From Octopus vulgaris (taxonomy: Eukaryota): 64,000 nucleotides of DNA. This document shows positions 38,105 through 52,290 of this stretch, piece by piece; the first letter of the stretch is position 1; each line of letters begins with the position of its first letter. The position numbers were made by a program, and so were the translations under genes. Under the pieces are notes generated by a model that ran no database searches, was not told the origin of the DNA, and saw nothing but the letters and a program-made list of their open reading frames with translations. The stretch covers positions 88,598,001-88,662,000 of the forward strand of contig OX597814.1 of the NCBI GenBank assembly GCA_951406725.2. The letters are read 5' to 3'.

Positions 38105-40059
38105 GGATTGAACCTTCGTTTTTTTTTTTTCATTTTTGTTTCTACGTTGATACAGGAAATTTCCTAGTAGGAGTAACATTTAATATATTGAACAAAATGA
38201 TAAAGCTTCACGTCTCTTGTTAAGAAGCAAATTATTTATATCCCATTTCTTAAACATGTTTTTTTTTCATGCATTGGACAGCGGCTATCCTAGAGCACCG
38301 CCTTGGAAGTGAACCAGCATGGCTGCTGGGTTTTATTCGAACGAATTGATTCCAACTACTTACTTTTATAGCATGGTACTTATTCTCTTGATCCCTTATG
38401 CCGAACTGGTGGGGGACAAACACACACATTCACACTTGTGTGTGTGTACACAACGAGTTTTTTTCGGTTTTCGTCTGTCAAATCCACTCACAAAGCTTTA
38501 GTCAACCCCGAGCTAGAGTAGAACCCATTCAGGTTGACATGTAGTGGGTCAGAACTCGGAATCATATGGCTGGAAGGTAAACATCTTAACACACAGCCAC
38601 GTTTGGCACCCTTCGAGAATCCACGTGTCATCTTTGATCAAAAGAAAGGGAAAAATTTAATGAAATTATCATTGATTTAAAAATTGAATAGCAGGCATAT
38701 AGTGTGTCTTCAAGATTTCCGATTGACTGAGAATATATTAGGCAATTTAGAATAACGATATGGCAAAATTTCTCTGGAAAGCTTTACGCAAGGACAACAT
38801 ATAGCTCTAAATCAATACTAACATAATTTAGTGAGTAAAATAATTTCTTATAAGAGTCTAATACTCGTAATAAAAGGAAAACTCATTACCGTTAGTTATA
38901 ATTCTTTATAAAAGCAGGGAGAAAAACACTAAAATTAAAATTTTAATTAGGTTGTACCTTACTAAATGCTTTCCCTGACTTTAACAGTTATCTGGGTTGA
39001 GCGGCTGGCTCGGACCAGTCTACTTCTTCAAAGCCAGACGTCCTGATCGAGCGGTGGAGACATGAATGTCTGGCTTAGGTTTTAGACACAATAGTTTTTC
39101 CTTAGCTGAAATATCTAATCTGCTCATGCTACCACTAAAGATGATAGCAGTAGTTCGCTAACTTAACTGGTTGGTCTTGGCCGGTAACAGTTTGTTTTCT
39201 ATTCATCCGCTCAGTATCTAGTGGATATTCGCACATCCACCATGGTGCAACCCCTGATTTTAACGTACCCTAACTCGAACGTTTACATGCTATTTAACCC
39301 ACAGTCTGGACCCTGACAGATGCTACTAATCTGGTCATAGTAGATCTTGGAACAACAGTAGGAAAGAGGTTATTCTACACTTCTCCGAATCCTGGAACTC
39401 CCGAACCAGGGTCCCACCAGGGTCCCACAACCCAGGACTTTATAAGTTATGATTTACACTAATGATTTTCCTCTTCATTAAAAGTGTATTTTTAATTGAT
39501 AGCATTTTCTGGCTCAATATATAAGTATTTAAATAGATTAATTTAAAGAAATTTACATAAGATAATCCTTCTTTTTGCTTAGAGAATTTAATAACAAATT
39601 TACCAATCAACTCTAAGTTATCCAAGTTCTTAGAGACTCAAATTGAAACACCTTGATACCCGGGGATGACTAGTTGTGTCAAAACTAGAAAAAGGACCTT
39701 TGTATAGTCGCTTGGTCTGCTAAAGATAGCGGCCAAAACTCGCCCTCGATCTACACCCTGCGACTTTGAAAAGCGAAAGACACATTGAAAATGTATCAAA
39801 GAAGGTCGCGATAATTATGGCTGGATCACTTTTGATTAGAGGTGTGCCGTTTAGTCCTCTGGTCCGCTCTGTTGTTCGGATTTCTGAATTCCTGAAAAAT
39901 AGTCATCATATATAATGGAATATTGTCAGCCAAATCTAATTTCGTATTATCCACCCCATTTTGGCCCGGAACTTCTCATCCTCCACATTGATTTACGAGT
40001 AGGAACTTCAGATTCCCGAGAAAGTACGAATTAATATGAAGTTCAACTTGATAAAATTC

Positions 40060-42450
40060 CACTGTTGTACAATGTGGAAATGAAGAATTCATTGAAACGT
40101 TTTATACGGTTCCAAGTACAGACTCAATCAAGTAAATGATGATTGTCTACTTATAGGTGATTCTGAAGTATTTTTTAATGCTGATTTCAAATATGTTTTT
40201 AGATTTAGCTTATCATGTGCAGATTTTGCATAGGTGGCTGCCAAAGTTAAAACGACTTTTCTTGTTATTCATTCCCTTTTGTGGCAGATTTTTAGATTAA
40301 AGTATGATGAAATTAAGAACAAATGACTAGAGCAATAATTAAAAAAAGATGTGAAAGATGTGTATAAGCTTACTTATTGACGAAATTTATATTTTTAATG
40401 CACTTACCATGGCTTTAAAGTAATTGTACACTTTCCAAACTTCCTGTTCTTTGATTTCCTTCCAGCTTCTGGTAGTTGCTTGCAGTCTCTGTAGAGTCCA
40501 GCAGTATTCTGCCGTCATGTTTACATTCCACCTCTCCCAGTATCTCCGTACCATTTCTTTAATGTCTTGGTGAAATCTTCTCACCCTGCTCTTCACTTAG
40601 ATTGCCAATGTTCTCCCGGAAATAGTCAAAGTGTGAGTGAAGAAAGGAAGTTCATTTTAACATTCATGTTGCACCCAAATTTTTGAAGTTTTGTAATACG
40701 GTATTAACTAGGATTTTGTAATTTGAACACTTATTGTATCCCCAAAAGTTCTCGACAACACATTTGAAGCTCACCCATGCCTGTTTTTGAGTCATTCATG
40801 GATTTTTCATAATTTGGGTCTTTTTTTAGTTTACGACTGTCAGGGCCATCAAATATTCCTGCTTTAATTTTCTCACTGGTTATGTTTAGGAATATTTTTG
40901 AGAGATACTGCAAACATGATCCATATACAGGCAAAGATTTAACGAACTGTTTCATCAAACCCGTTTAATGTGCAAAGGTTATATAAGTACTTTTGTAGAT
41001 TCAATCAAAGGCTCGTGCAGAATGTTTTTGGATCCGGGTAATAAACTTATTTGGGGCCAGTTTTTAACCATCCAGAGCCTTTCTTTAGCTCTACTGTCAC
41101 ATTCACATCAGAAGCATGACACTTTTGTATTGCCTGTCAGCCGGCGTAAATGCATGCCTTTGATTTTGAAATTTCTACACACTTGCCAGTATTATTCTGA
41201 TTATTTATATTTAACAAAAGTTTTTTTTTTACATTTTCATACGTCTTCTTTAGTTGTACAGAATGTGCCACTGGAATGGATGAATACTTATTACCATTAT
41301 GTAGCGCGACAGCTTTCAAACTCTTTTTGGAGGAATAAATAAATAGTTTCCATTCTGAGAGATTGCTCTCGATTTCCAAATATTTTAGCAGCAAAACACC
41401 ATTGATTCATACTCAGCAAAGAATGGCAACAACTCGTATTCCCCGTGACGATACCACGTGAAGAAGGTTCCCGGCAATGAAACCTTTTTCATTTTCAGCC
41501 TAGAAACAAGAAGTTCCGCTGCATCCATTGGTAGGTTCAAATCTCTCACCAAATCATTGATCTTTTCCTGTGTAAATAACTGCGGGCTTTTGATTTCATC
41601 AGGAGTGTAATCATTACCCTCTTCTTCACATTTGTCTTCTTCATTACTATCGGATGTAACATTCTCCGAAACAAGTGGTGGGAAAGGAACTGGAATGTCA
41701 ACCCCATGTGCAATAGTCTCTATAGCCGAGGGGATACTATGATACACTATCTTATGTTTACCTTTTTGCACTGTACTCATCAACTTTAGTAATGCAGAAA
41801 TAATAATCGTCAGCGTGGATACTCGGCTCTTGCCACACCATTAGTATTCCAAAGGGCATTTATTTTCTCTTATCGGTTTTGCAGAGTCTCAGCCCCTCAC
41901 ACAAGTGCGATATACTTTGTCTGGAACCCAAGGTTTGTCTTCACTGAGTTTAACACCAAAATAAACAAAGTATAAATTTTTTACAAGATCAGTTATATTT
42001 TGTCTCTGCTTAATGGCAACATATCTGCCACAAATGTAGCAGAATATGTCTGGACTGTTCACGCAGTTACGTCTATATGCATTCATTTTAAATGGAGTTT
42101 ATACGTAAATATCATCAACGACTAAACAACAGTAAAGCATCAGTTAGCAATCGTGTATACAGCTTTTCATGGTCACATTGTCTGTCAGAGTTGCCACAAC
42201 TGTTTAATAAACTTTATATTGGCTGCTAGTTTACCTTCACTGATATTAGGTCAGCATTTTTTTATAGCAGCCTATTTTGTTGAGCAAAATAAATCAGATA
42301 ATCATTATCATCAGATTCTCTGATACCATGTTATAAAAAAAAGTTTTATTACAAAAAACTAGGTGTGACGGAGAGGTCATCTTGAACAATTGCTTTAAAA
42401 AGTTATGTAGACATTTAAACTGTAAATCACGAAGACTTGTGTAATCAGTC
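40060..42450 (-). mobile_element. Near-full-length decayed Chapaev3-like (CMC) DNA transposon
   Basis: Collinear frameshifted ORFs: C.NSPD.FCYICG..YFGVKL, FTQ...NDLVRDLNL, EWKLFI.SSK.SLKAV.LHNGN, MKQFVK, KIKAGIFDGP, RFHQDIKEM.RRY..RWNVNM; CACTG-like termini are degenerate. Confidence 0.8.
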
Positions 42451-42713
42451 TATATTGCTGAGATAGGCGACAGACTTAATGTGTTACCTGGTTTAATAAC
42501 GCCACCTGGAACCTTGGGTGCCTTTAGTGGAATCCACTCTGTTGCAAACATTCACCTCTCCCCTGATCCTGACCTCCGATTTGAGGACATTTTCCTCTCC
42601 CCCATTAATCTCTCGAATGCCCTGTGAAAAGCACTAACTAATTAATAAACGTTGTCTTTTTTAACGATACACAAACATATATACTTTCTCGCTTCGTCTC
42701 CTCAGTCTCTGTC

Positions 42714-42791
<78 letters not shown>

Positions 42792-44318
42792 CATATACAC
42801 ACAAACTCACTTATTTAGTTCTTATTTAAGGAAAAATAGTCACTGCCTTCCCTCCAGACTAAAAGCTTAAACTAAAACATCTACTAAATTATCTAGCTCG
42901 GATTCATGTAGCCGTCATACGTTTCAAACAAGAAACTAGTCACTGACATTTAAACCACATAAAAGTTTTTGGGTATTCATATTTTGACGGAAATTCTATA
43001 TTCCAAAATCTTTGACCTTTAACTTAAACGAAAATTTCAGACAGCAAAATTATATGCAAAACTCATATATGGAATGAAAATTTTTCTACAATATATATCC
43101 AACTGAATTAAAATTGGAACGAACATTTTCCCATCATATCATTTATCAGCCATTCGAATTAATTTGTAAGTTCAAAACATAGTTTACAGTAAAACTAAAC
43201 AAAAAAAGACACATGTCCAAACACCAGTGTCCCAGAATGTCTTGCGCCAATGAGACGAGAGTGTTGAGCATACTGTTGTCTAAAAAATAGCACCCAGCAT
43301 ATTTTGTGTCTGAACCTGCCTAGACGTATTAAAAATAAATATGCAAATATTCCTTCTTGAAGATAAAGAAGTCATTATTTTAATTTTTTCTAGTTTCTGT
43401 TTGCCCGGGATAAGTAGAAGTTACGAGAAATGAATAAGACAATTGAGAGTAAGTTCAGTGGTTGAGAATTCAAATCTGCTGCAGGCACTTCGTTATGTCT
43501 GCTTTACATGTCTAAGTGTTCAATTCCCTACTTAAATAAATATTAACACCCTTGTAATAGATAGTACCCTGTCAAAGATGAAATGTTCCTCCCATCACTT
43601 AACGCTTTTGTAGCCAAAGTTAATAATTTATTTCGATTTTAATATGAGTTACTTAGTGATAAAACTGTTAGCACTTATGGAAAGCATATCTGGCATTAAC
43701 ACCTTATACTACAGCATTAACCTTGTCTGAAATTCTAGAGTCCCTTCTGAATCGTTTGACAGCCATGCAACTCACAATCGCCTCTATTGACAGTCTCACA
43801 ATCGCCTCGCAGTTTGACAGTCTCACAATAGCCTCTATTGATGTTCATATGAAGAGGGTAGACATCCAACAGGACGTCTTTTGCTTTGATGCCTGCAATG
43901 TTTCTCACTGCTAGTAAAACACCAAATATATTTAGTATCCTTTCAAGTCTACAGTTTTGAAAACAGCATGTCTGAACAGCAGATAGATTTCACTTTTGGG
44001 AGTATGTTCAAACTTGCAGTTGATTTGATACAAGAAACGAATCATTGAACATTGTACTCCTATCTAATTTCCAACTAGCTCATACCTCACTTCAGATACA
44101 CTGTTTTCAAAACTTTGAATCTGCTCTTTTATGTTGATTATATTAAGTATTTTCCAGCATTCGACTACACTAGTTAATTTCAAACAGTCACCAACGTTGC
44201 CGTTGCTTTCATTCCTGTTACTGTCGCTGTTTTTCTTGAAGTAACTCACGTAATTTATACCACTACCGCTGCTCTCAGTGTGGCTTTAATTGCTGCTGCG
44301 CTTTTACTTTATAGTATA

Positions 44319-44676
44319 CCAGCACTATGACCCGGCAACGCCGGGTCATAGTGCTAGTGCATGCATATACAGCTGCGTGCGCACATACACGCGAGTACTG
44401 TCCAAATCTCCGACCAATCACATACAGCTAGCTGGCATTCAATTGGCGTATCAAGTTTCGGGCAGTTTGATTGAGTTTTGGATAGAAAATTCACAAAAAA
44501 ATCACTTCTATTGATTTTTTAATGGCTTTGCGGGGTGACTGAGGAAATGTAAAGACGTGCACGACAACCCTTGGATGGTTTTGAATGACCATAGAAAGTG
44601 CGAGCCCTCTAACTGAAAGAGTGTGGATTTGTATAAAGGACACAGACGCAGACATTTTGCCGTTTATATATATAGA
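44319..44676 (-). mobile_element. Non-autonomous Helitron
   Basis: Minus strand starts TCTATATATATAAACGGC and ends in a long hairpin (AGCACTATGACCCGGC/GCCGGGTCATAGTGCT) with CTGG|T. Confidence 0.8.
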
Positions 44677-45133
44677 AATGAATATCGATGCAATCTCTCT
44701 TACATCTCTAACCCTTACATTTAAAACCTATACTAGAGGAAGTGATAGTATTATAGTACCCCTGGTGTTGTTTTTACTATTGCAGCTTTGTCACTGATGA
44801 CCTTCTCACTTACACAAAGTGATCCGGCATCAGTTGATCTCTTTCTATCACAGCTCTCTTCACCTTTTATTACATCTCTCATGGCAGAGCTGATGCGAAT
44901 ACTGCTGCCTTTAGTTTTTTCTGCTAGCCATGCAATTAACATAAACTTCTCTTTTAAATATCACTGTAAACCTTTTCTCATCTGAAATTCAAATTTAGCT
45001 CTCTCACCAACATATCTCTCACCAACAATTTAGCTCTCTCACCAAGTTGAAGCACCAAATCAGTACGGTATTATCCGTACAACTCAAAGGAATGTGAATA
45101 AAATCAAAATAAGCAACAGGATATCAAGAGGTG

Positions 45134-45221
45134 ATGCAGTATGACTGTTTCAAGCAGCTCCATTTAATTGAACAATGCAATCATTACATCAATTTAAATG
45201 CAGGGCTATCCTCAGCTGCAT
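45134..45221 (-). ncRNA. Degenerate hammerhead ribozyme with long stem II (Penelope-like terminus, about 45070-45260)
   Basis: ATGCAG-CTGAGGA-long AT-rich hairpin-GAAA-CAGTCA-TA-CTGCAT; perfect 6-bp stem I; mismatches in stems II and III. Confidence 0.55.
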
Positions 45222-45552
45222 AAATAAATAAATAGAATTTTTAATCAGTCGAACATATCAATATAATTTTCCCTCAAATACTCTAATAGAGCAAGAAGAT
45301 GGAAAGAATCCATGTTGCTACTAATGTAGCTAAGAATATACTACACTCCTAAGAAATGTATGAAGTTTGTTGTGGTCAAAGATGATAAAATATTGTGGTT
45401 CATTTTTAATTTATTAGTCTTTTTATCAACTACTAAATCTAAGATTAGAGGATTGTGTCTATTTAGAATGGTGGACAGGAGTGAGTTAACAGCACATAGC
45501 TGGGTATGGTCATAAATGTTGTCAAGATTTTAGGAGTGGTATAAAGTAACTG

Positions 45553-45601
<49 letters not shown>

Positions 45602-45602
<1 letters not shown>

Positions 45603-45764
45603 GGCGCAGGTGTGACTGTGTGGTAAGAAATTTGCCTCCCAACCACATGCTTCCGGGTTCAGTCCCACTGCGTGCCACCTTGGGCAAGTGTCTTCTACTA
45701 TAGCCTCGGGCCGCTCAAAGATTTGTGAGTGGATTTGGTAGACGGAAACTGAAAGATGCCCGTC

Positions 45765-45840
<76 letters not shown>

Positions 45841-45875
45841 GTATGTGTGTGTGTATGTGTGTGTGTGTGTATATG

Positions 45876-45927
<52 letters not shown>

Positions 45928-46020
45928 TGTGTCTGTGTGCCTGTATCGTCTCCGCACCATTGCTTGGCTTGGCAACCGTAACCTAGCGGTTCTGCAAAAG
46001 AGATTGATAGAGTAAGTATC
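45602..46020 (+). mobile_element. Family B SINE with expanded internal microsatellite
   Basis: GGCGCAGGTGTGACTGTGTGGTAAG head; (TA)n(TG)n core. Confidence 0.8.
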
Positions 46021-46220
46021 TGGCGTTTGTTACTTGATTGGTATATATTTTTTCAACCCAGGAGAAATGAAAAGCAAGGCCATCCTTGGAGGTGTAAACG
46101 GCCGTGGTTAAAAACCGCAAGTCATTCTGCCCACAGTTCTAATAATTCCAGCAACCTAAATAAGAATAGAATGTGGTAAGCAAAATGAGTAATTTTTTAT
46201 TCCTCGTTATTTTCTCCCTA

Positions 46221-46384
46221 AGGCGCAGGAGTGGCTGTGTGGTATGTAGCTTGCTTACCAACCACATGGTTCCGGGTTCAGTCCCTCTGCGTGGCACTTT
46301 GGGCAAGTGTCTTCTATGTATAGCCTCGGGCCGACCAAAGCCTTGTGAGTGGATTTGGTAGACGGAAACTGAAAGGACCCAGTC

Positions 46385-46473
<89 letters not shown>

Positions 46474-46680
46474 TGTGTCTGTGTTTGTCCCCCCAACATC
46501 GCTTGACTACCGATGCTGGTGTGTTTAAGTACCCGTAACTTAGCGGTTCGGCAAAAGAAATCGATAGAATAAGTACTAGGCTTACAAAGAATAAGTCCTG
46601 GGGTCGATTTGCTCGACTAAAGGCGGTGCTCCAGCATGGCTGCAGTCAAATGAGTGAAACAAGTAAAAGAGTAAAAAGAG
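46221..46680 (+). mobile_element. Family B SINE, full length (best reference copy)
   Basis: tRNA-like head, CORE-like GCACTTTGGGCAAGTG, internal (TA)n(TG)n, 3' AAGTAAAAGAGTAAAAAG tail. Confidence 0.9.
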
Positions 46681-46978
46681 TAACCGTTTGAAACCATTAC
46701 ACTGCAAGTATTGCATCATTACTTTTGTACTGTTGCATCATGTTTGGGAGTAAAAATTGGTCAGCATAGTTATGGTTGAAAACGAGAGAGTTTGAAACAT
46801 AGTCAGCTGGCAGCTACATTTTTTTCAAGAAATTTTTTCTGAACTTTGACCCTATTGTAATTGTGGCTAATAAAATATGTGGATAATATTTGGTGTTTAA
46901 CAATCGAAATTCTTTTCTCTGTTCTATTCCATGTCAAATTTTTCCCACTAATAATGTCTAATTTGTTAATTTTCAATT

Positions 46979-47429
46979 GGATCTTTTCGGTTTGAACGGC
47001 AGTTTTTAACATAATTTCTAGGTAACTAAAAAATTTTAAACTTAGTATACTGGTAGAATGTGTTTATAAAACATCTTTTTCTCTTGGCTTTATTGAGAAA
47101 ATTCTATAGTTTGTAAGATATTTGTTGTTTTTTTCTTCAATTTCTGCAATTTCACCAATCAGTGACGTCCATTGAGGTCAAAAACATTCTGTGCCGCATG
47201 AATATGTCCCTCGTTTAAGAAACAGATTGGGTTTATTTACATTTGTGAAGAAAAAAAGGTACCCTTACCACACCCCTAACCCTAACCTTAACCCTAATTG
47301 TAACTAACCGTAACCAACCCTAACCCTAAAACAGATTGAAATGCAATAGCTCGATACTAGGGTCATAATTATGGGTGACAATTTCATATGACACCGCTAG
47401 AAAAACTATCGTTCAAACCGAAAAGATCC
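46979..47429. mobile_element. MITE with GG..CC termini and 8-bp TSD (Merlin-like), carrying CCCTAA-like repeats
   Basis: TTTCAATT|GGATCTTTTCGGTTTGAACG...CGTTCAAACCGAAAAGATCC|TTTCAATT. Confidence 0.9.
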
Positions 47430-47854
47430 TTTCAATTTTCCAAAAATGATATCTAAAGTGGGGGAAAATGTGTAATGACTAATTTCAATAATTTCTTCCC
47501 TTTAACTACATGGGAGAGCCACTACAGCAGAACATGAAGAATCTATAGAGATTATTTTTTAGATTTAGTCGAGTTTCATTAATTGCATATCATGTGTCAC
47601 TTTTCAATGATCCACTTACATTTGACCAACACATTAAAAATTTTTGCTGCATTTCTGATCTTTCAATTTGTCAAATGCTGAATCATTCAACAATGTTTGA
47701 CTCACGATGTTTTCTTTCAAACCGTATCATACTTCCCTTGAGTGCATGTATACGCACGAGTGTATGTTAACTGAAGCATTCAATCTCGTTTGAACTCGGA
47801 TGATTCAATTAGTGTTTGTCGAAAAACAGTATTTCTCAACCATTTGTTTCTTTT

Positions 47855-48118
47855 ATGTATGGACCCCTTTCGATTCCTATTTTACTCAGATGTACCCTCG
47901 ATATTTCTTTAAAAATCATATTTTTATAAATAAATATCATTAGGAATTGTATTAAAAAAATGAAAAAATATTTTGCGTATTTTAGTATTATAACAAATTT
48001 ATATTGCCGATAAATTTTAACAACAAAATCATATATGGACCCCCACAAGGACCATATGGATTCCTAAGGGCCATATGGACCCCCAAGAGCTATATTGACC
48101 CCGGTTGAGAACCACTTG
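47855..48118. mobile_element. hAT-like MITE right end
   Basis: Repeated ATATGGACCCC subterminal motifs ending in GGTTGAGAACCAC. Confidence 0.45.
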
Positions 48119-48777
48119 TCTAAAATACAATTTTTCATTTAAGATAATACTTTGAATAAAATGTATTTTTCAGATTTGAGCTTACTCAGTTCGTATCACG
48201 CTCCAGTGTTACATTGCCGGTCAATAAAATAATCTGATAGTAAGTAAAATAATCTAACAGATGATAGAGGGAGGGTGAAGTTCAGAGCTTTAAATAAACT
48301 GAAAACTATATTTGAGAGTATGTCAGAATGGAGATATCAGTTTGATATTAGCTTTCGCACGCGTGGACAGGTAGACAGTAATTTAAGCTTACTTGTTGCA
48401 TTGTAATAAAGACAAAAAACGAGACAATGGGGTGGGGGAGAAAAGAAAATAGGCTACATGGATGACTTGCTAGAAATAGCAACCACATCTTCCTCGAAAC
48501 ACATTCTATAGTCATAAAAAGGAACGGATGAACACAGCAGAATAATTTTGACCATAGTCCTCTCCACCATTTGATAACCGCTGTCGGTTTGTTTACGTCC
48601 TCATAACTTAGCAGTTCGGTAAAAGTGACCGATAAAGGAAATACCAAAATTTAAAAAGAAAAATTGTGTACTGAGGCAGATTTGTTCGACTACAAACTCT
48701 TCAAGGCGGTGCCCCAGCATGGCCGCAAGTCAATGATTGAAACAAGTAAAAGATAAAAGAGAAAAATAGACAGACAG

Positions 48778-48842
<65 letters not shown>

Positions 48843-49069
48843 GTAGATGATTAAGGGACCTGTGGTTTTCATGCAGAATTAACCGAAGATGGACTTCCTG
48901 AGGTTCTTTCTAGGTTGGTACAAGGACTTATTAATTACTTGTAGGGACACCGTATTTTGTTATACAACCATAATATACAAACTACAAAGTATATTAATCG
49001 CTTTATAAGTCATTTCTGTGTCCTACCGTGTTAGCAGTGCTATTAAATCATTTTCAAGGTTATCTCTTT

Positions 49070-49435
49070 TAATCTTTTACTCTTTTACTTGTTTCAGTCA
49101 TTTGACTGTGGCCATGCTGGAGCACCGCCTTTAGTCGAGCAAATCGACCTCAGGACTTATTTTTTGTAAGCCTAGTACTTATTCTATCGGTCAGTTTTTG
49201 CTGAACCGCTAAGTAAACACACCAGCATCGGTTGTCAAACGATGTTGGGGGGACAAGCACAGACACACAGTCATATATACACACACATATATGTATATAT
49301 ACATATATACGACGGGCTTCTTTCAGTTTCCGTCTACCAAATCTACTCACAAGGCTTTGGTCGGCCCGAGGCTATAGTAGAAGACATTTGCCCAAGGTGC
49401 CACGTAGTGGGACTGAACCCGGAACTATGTGGATC
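49070..49435 (-). mobile_element. Family B SINE, 5'-truncated
   Basis: Reverse complement of the 46221 copy. Confidence 0.85.
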
Positions 49436-50248
49436 GTATAGTTGGCACTGATTTGTTACGACGTTTTATGTCACATTGTTTATGTTAGACGTATTCGGAT
49501 ACGAAATTTCGTAACAAACCAGTCCCGACAATAATTTCTATAAAAAATGTGTAGAGATAAGCGCAAAAAGCAAGAACTTATATTTTATGATATAATGGAT
49601 TATTGTTATACATATACTGTTCCTAAAGGTATAAATAGTGTGAGAAGAAATGACTTCAACCAGGCGCTGAAATCACGTCGTAATCTCGACAGGACGAGAA
49701 CACTGCTTCTTCCCATATAAAACACCATTGCTTATACAATGGTACAAAGTATGTCTGATTACACATTGAAAGGTTGAAAAAGAACTCTGGCCCGTTATTC
49801 AGTTCTAGTAGAACGAAATGACCTGACAAGATGTATATTATAGATTTCCTTTCGGTACTATCTGTCAGGTTAACTCAACACACGTAATGTTTTCATTACA
49901 TGCTGTACCAATGATCCATTGCAGACATAATTTGTTTTACTACAATGTCAGTCGCATTAAACATTTTTTTGCCTTCTTTGATTTTTCTGTTCTATACCTA
50001 TCCCTTTTCATTTCTTTCTTTTCTCTCCTGTCTTTCTGTCTGCTCTCTTTTCATTTATTTGTTATTTTTGTAATTTCCGTTTAATTGTAATTCCGTTTTG
50101 TTTTTGAATTCCCCCACCCCTAAATTTTAGCAGTTTTTTATTGACATTTGAAAGGTGATTTGGCGTTGACCCAATCGGTAGGCTGTTGAAAAGCCGATGG
50201 AAAAGTTTGTGGTCCTTAACCCTAGGCTAGCACTACTTACTGTGTATC

Positions 50249-50287
<39 letters not shown>

Positions 50288-51142
50288 TATATATACAAAT
50301 ATATACGATGAGTTTCTTCTAGTTTCTGCCTACCAAATGCAGCCACAAGGTTTTAGTCGGCACGAGGCTATAGTAGAAGACACTTGCCCAAGATACCATG
50401 CAGTGGGATGAAACCGGAACCATTTGGTCGCGAAGCCAAGACATTCAAATGTGCAAAACTTTAAAATTTTAAAGGCATCTTGTCTATCTATCACTTCGTA
50501 AACACGTAAATGTTTGCACACAAATTACTGTTGCTAAGCACACTTTAACATATATACACTCACATGCTGAAAGAGGTCAGAGTTAATAATGTATATTGCT
50601 ATTCACATTCACATATACAAATGCGCGCGCATATGCATGCATATGTGACAACAAGTGTGCCGGTACGTAAATTTGCGTGTATGTGTGTGTGTGTGTGTGT
50701 GTGTATGAGGGGGTGTATTTCAACTATTTACTTAGCAGGATCGTTAGTATGCCAGACTAAATACTTTGCAGTATTTCGAGGTCGATGTGACCTATAGTAT
50801 AGTTGAAAAGATTTAACATTTACTTGATTCAGTCATTGGACTGCAGCCTTGCTGGGACACCACCTTGATAAGTTTTAGTCAAACAAATTGGAGCTAGTAC
50901 TCATTTTTTAAAGTTTGGTATTTTCTATCGATCTTATATCTACATCTATATATATATATATACATGTGTGTATGTATCCCTGTGTTTGTTTCTCACCACC
51001 GCTTGACAACGGGTGTTGGTTTGTTTACGTCCCCGTAACTTAATGTTTCGGTAAAAGAGACCGATAGAATATGTGCCAGGCTTTAAAAAAATTGGAAACA
51101 TTACTTCTAGTAGAATTGATATTTTAATGTACATATGTTTCA

Positions 51143-51690
51143 GGCGGCAACCCGGTAGAATCGTTAGCCGGCAAAATGCTTAGTGGCATTTTGGCTATCT
51201 TTATGTTCTGAGTCCATTTTCGCCGAGGCCGATTTTGCTCTTCTTCCTTTCGGAGTCAATAAAATATGCACTGGTTGAGCCCTGGGGTTGATGTAATCGA
51301 CTAACCGCTCCCCACGAAATTGCTTGCCGTGTGACAAATTTTGAAGCTAATATACATATGTATCAAATATTAATCAACGTTTACGAAATCTCCCAGTTGC
51401 GAAATATGACACATCGCGACAGATAATGTTTTATTTTTTCATCCCTGCGATTACGATCAATTCACATTTAAATATTACTTTCTACTATAGGCTCAGGGCA
51501 TGAAATTTTGTGGGAGGGGTTAGTCGATTACATAGATCACAGTGTTCAACTGCTACTTATTTTCTCGACCCCGAAAGGATCAAAGGCAAAGTTCACCTTG
51601 GCGGGATTTGAACTCAAAACGTAAAGATGGACGAAATGCTGCTAAGCGTTTCGTCTGGTGTGCTAACGATTCTGCCAGCTCACCGCCTTA
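51143..51690. mobile_element. Convergent pair of family A SINEs (+ 51143-51350; - 51480-51690)
   Basis: GGCGGCAAC..AGAATCGTTAGC head on +; GCTAACGATTCTGCCAGCTCACCGCC (reverse complement of head) at 51662-51687. Confidence 0.8.
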
Positions 51691-52290
51691 AAAGAAACGC
51701 CGCTAGGCTTTTTTTGTCCGATGTGCTAAGGGTACCCCTTGCCGCTCTGATTCATTTTTAAATATCAATTTATATTTTCACTGCACAAATTTTAAAAGTA
51801 TGGCCTTGAGCTTCTTCCCTGTAGTATTATAGTTTTCCTTAGCTTCTCCTCACTTCAAAAAGACAGATTCACCTTATTATATTAATGACTTCTAACAAGC
51901 TCTCAAATTACATTTTTTGGCATAACAACGTCCTCGCTAAAACGAATGTTATTTACTCCCATGTCAAAGACTTTTTAGCCATCACTATCACATTTTTTTA
52001 CCGTCATCTTGTGTCCAATGTGCTCCTTTTTTTTTCTCTTTAACTTACATGTATGTGGTTTGAGAGAGATTTTACTATTTGTAGTAAATCAAACAACCAA
52101 GTAGTTGTTTTGCTGACTCGCATTGTATAGCAGATATATTGAAGCCAGGCTTTCACAATGAAATTATCCGATTAGATGAATTTTGGAACCCTTATCAGTA
52201 AATTTTACACTAAAGTAGTAGAACTCAGGTTATCATCTTTTGTTACGGTAAATTATTTACTGTTAACTATTTTGTTACTGTTAACTATAA

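Noticed and set aside
43109-43122. TAAAATTGGAACGA match to U6 snRNA
   Set aside because: Only 14 nt with no flanking U6 similarity
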